Assembly: GCA_001949185.1 (NCBI GenBank)
Contig: BDGG01000001.1
Span: 2,745,324-2,809,323, forward strand
Source of the DNA: Ramazzottius varieornatus
Taxonomy: Eukaryota; Animalia; Tardigrada
Reading direction: 5' to 3'
Length of the DNA: 64,000 nucleotides
The position numbers were made by a program, and so were the translations under genes. Shown here piece by piece: positions 60,967 through 64,000 of this stretch; the first letter of the stretch is position 1, and the number at the start of each line of letters is the position of its first letter. The notes beneath the pieces were generated by a model. It was not told the origin of the DNA. It made no database searches and worked only from the letters and a program-made list of their open reading frames with translations.

Positions 60967-61968
60967 CTAACAGCTATTCGCCTCTGCCGGCGTGGTAATG
61001 CTAGCTGCGGGACCAGCACTATCAGGCTTCGTCGGAGGAGACTCCTTCTTGACATCCGTCGTAAATGCTTTCGGCTCTTGTCGCATGTCACATTTGCATT
61101 GTTCGATGATACTTGATAGCGCCTGACAACAGAACAAAGTGGTCAGAAATAATTCGCAGGATGATACTACATCTCGAAAAGGGAACAGTAAAATCATTTT
61201 CGAGCAATAGAAAAGATCGAACAAGTTTTCCGGTAACTGGTCGTTTTTTCAGAGATACTTCTTCCCACGGATATTTTTCATTTTGTTTTTGATATCTTAG
61301 TGGATGCTTCTGATGCTTACTGTGATGTAGTTCCGTGCCAGAGACAGCGTTTCGATTTTGGACAAATTTCTTTGGCGTTGCACATGAGGGATAACTTCGC
61401 GAAGACCTTGGAAAGCATCGTTCAAGGAATGCATTCGAACGCGTTCACGCTCATTACTTTCCAGCCGTTTCAGATTACGCTCACGAGCCGTCATTGTGCT
61501 TCTGCGTCGGCGTGAAACCTTTTCCGACGTGGAGTCTTCAGAGGCGTTTTGATTATCCACCGACCCAGGAGAACACGACCCCGTACCCGAATGCGTCGTC
61601 TCATCCACGGGGTCCTTTGTCTGTTGGCGGGTGGAGGTTCGCTGTGACCGACGACGGGGCGTCTTGGCTGGCTTGACATCTTCCGAGCTCGCCACCACGT
61701 TACTAGCCGTAGATTCACTAGAGACTGTCTCAGCTAATGACGTCGAGGAAGCCATTAATTTTTGAGGCATATTCGTTAATGTAGCCAGTGCGTTCTCTAT
61801 TAGGATATTCTGTTCAGGTGGGCTGGTGTGATCAGAGAGACTTTCAGCGAACTCTTCAAAGTCCAAAGAGGACCAAAGGGAGGAGTCTGTTGGGTCCAGA
61901 GATTCACTATCCATAGCCAACTCCTCCACTTTGAAAGGGAAGAGCAGGTCTGTTTCATCTGAAGCCAT
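60967..61968 (-). CDS. dimm: bHLH transcription factor dimmed/Mist1 (BHLHA15) ortholog; exons 61968-61321, 61122-60967 (267 aa)
   Basis: b[53 protein letters not shown]|ALSSII matches the Mist1/DIMM family; the phase-0 GT-AG intron restores helix 2. Confidence 0.88.
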
Positions 61969-64000
61969 CGTAAAAGTGAAATTGCGAGACGCAGCAGGCG
62001 GCTAACACCAACCGTTGCGTCAAAGATCAGGCGCGTGGGTTCACGCGGGAAGGGCTGGCTGATGGGTTCTTTTTATTTCCAGTCCCTGTGGAGCAGTTTG
62101 AAAATCGAGCATAAAACCGGATAAAGCACCATTAGAATTCCATTCGACACTTGCTTAGCTCTAAATACACTGATGGTCCACAGACACCAACGTTAACCCG
62201 GGACCTAGTTTCTCTCCCACAAAACACCACGCCCATTAACCCGACCTTACGGGATAAATGGATATTTTGGTAAAATAATCGGCCTTGGCCAAATGCTTAT
62301 CCCCCGAAGGGGAGATTAACAAATTAAGTTCCCATCTCACAAAGAGCTGGAGTTGGAAAAAGGAAAAAGTGTCGGTGATGTAAGGCTCACATAGAGGAAG
62401 AATCGGCTAATCAAAGTTGGCTTATTCGGCAAAAATAAAAATATTCCCGCGTTTCAAAAGGCAACCCATCATCGAGATAAAAGTATTGCAACAAGAATAC
62501 TTCAAAGTAAGATAAAGTGAAATCTCAAAAATTTAACCTTTGAGGATAGAGGTCTGAAATTCTGAGCCGTCATGATGCTTATTGAAAAGAGATATCGGGC
62601 TACGTGCCGGGTTGAGATTCCCGTTTGAGACAAGCTAGAGTACCGGAACAGAATTATCGGAAAAGGAATGACTGACATACCTCATTCGATAATTGGCTTA
62701 ACAAAAACCCGACAAAGGAATGGGTGCGGTTGACGTGTTAAATTTGCATGATCGGTTGGGTTCGCGTCATAAACCACCGCCGCACATGTACAGAGACCCA
62801 TACTACAAAGCAACAGGACCACAGATGCCAGATGAAAACACTTGTTGAAATAAGCTCGATATCTTCGATCGTCGTCACCAACCGCACAAGAAAAACTTAT
62901 CCATCACGGCCCGATCGGGAGAAGAGAGAAAGGGGAACAGCGCAATATAACTCTGTCGAGAACATAAAGTATGCGGCAAGATAAACACGAATCAGCTTGA
63001 CGATGCGATTACGTGAAGCTCGATCACATCGCATCGCATCACATCACAGGACTCTCTTACGCTGGGCAGTGCCTGCTGATATCCATTTTACCATCCAGGA
63101 TTCTATTTCTTCATCAGGGTGGTTTCACTCCTGCCAGCATGCATCTGTAGTACACTTGCGTTCCTGTTCCCTCGTCAACGTCAATGTTGAGGCCAACAGG
63201 GTTCCGGTGTGCGTGATGGCAAATTATACAGCTGCAAGGCTCGGGATAGAGTAGGGAAGGGAGTGGTGCCTGTTGACTTGCTAACTTAGGCCTGTGGCTT
63301 GGCGCTTGCGTATACATACGAAAGAAGGGCTCAAGCGCTGGTGGAATTAAGAATTCCCGTTGCTTCCTGCCTACTTTATGACCTAGGTTAGTCCTGCCGA
63401 GCTACATGCGTCGCTAGCTCTCCTTCATCCAGCTGCCACATCTGAGCCACCGAGCTCTAGCGCGCTGTTGTGGAGCTTCGTCTGGGAAGGCTGCTGGACC
63501 AAACTGTTGATGAGAAACGAACAGAGCACATACGCGCGTACCGGATATATTCCCGACGAATAATTGATTCACTGGGATTTGCATGACTGGCTGATTCCTC
63601 AATCCCTACGCCACAGCGTCTCTCCACAATCTTCACCGCACATTGGCTTCAGAAAAATCCGGACGCGCTTCCTCATTCTACCGAGTTACGGGAACTGTGT
63701 GCCTGACAAAACAACACAAAGGACCGCACGCCCGTAGACACGAATAAAGAAATTAAGTTAAAGACTTCCGTCACGCTATTAGCGTTCACATCCACATTTC
63801 TTAACAAAAACCGCTTAGTCCACATTATTTTCAGTCTATTGTATCATTCGAGAATTTGTTACCGCAGCATCGAAAAGTCGTTTTTGGTCCGGTCCAATCG
63901 AATTTTTTATACGTTCACTGATGCGGATACTTTCCCTGCTTTATATGCATTTCCTCACGTGGATCAACCGGGATGGGTCCTTAAGACTCTTCGCGTAAGC

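Overview
Eukaryotic, gene-dense animal DNA with many short (mostly ~55-100 nt) GT-AG introns. It looks like a compact invertebrate genome; a tardigrade-like ecdysozoan is a guess and cannot be proven from this window. Gene order: 5'-incomplete RBFOX splicing factor (+, 1135-3490); axonemal outer-arm dynein heavy chain of DNAH5/8 type (+, 7473-27442) with an intronic tRNA-Ser(CGA); D-Ala-D-Ala-ligase-like ATP-grasp gene copy 1 (-); EGFR (+, 30114-45147) with two alternative signal-peptide first exons; ATP-grasp copy 2 (+); CEPT1 (-); CDC45 (-); integrin alpha of PS1/alpha6-7 type (-); bHLH dimmed/Mist1 (-). A ~123-bp palindromic MITE-like element occurs about 12 times, mostly in introns. The most notable items are: (1) the intron-containing, bacterial-type Ddl-like ATP-grasp gene pair forming an inverted duplication that brackets EGFR; (2) the conserved RBFOX 93-nt RRM exon with (U)GCAUG sites at both splice junctions, plus a candidate poison exon; (3) the hairpin MITE family; (4) a 595-bp foldback element in a dynein intron. 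All exon boundaries and alignments were read by eye; no database searches were run.
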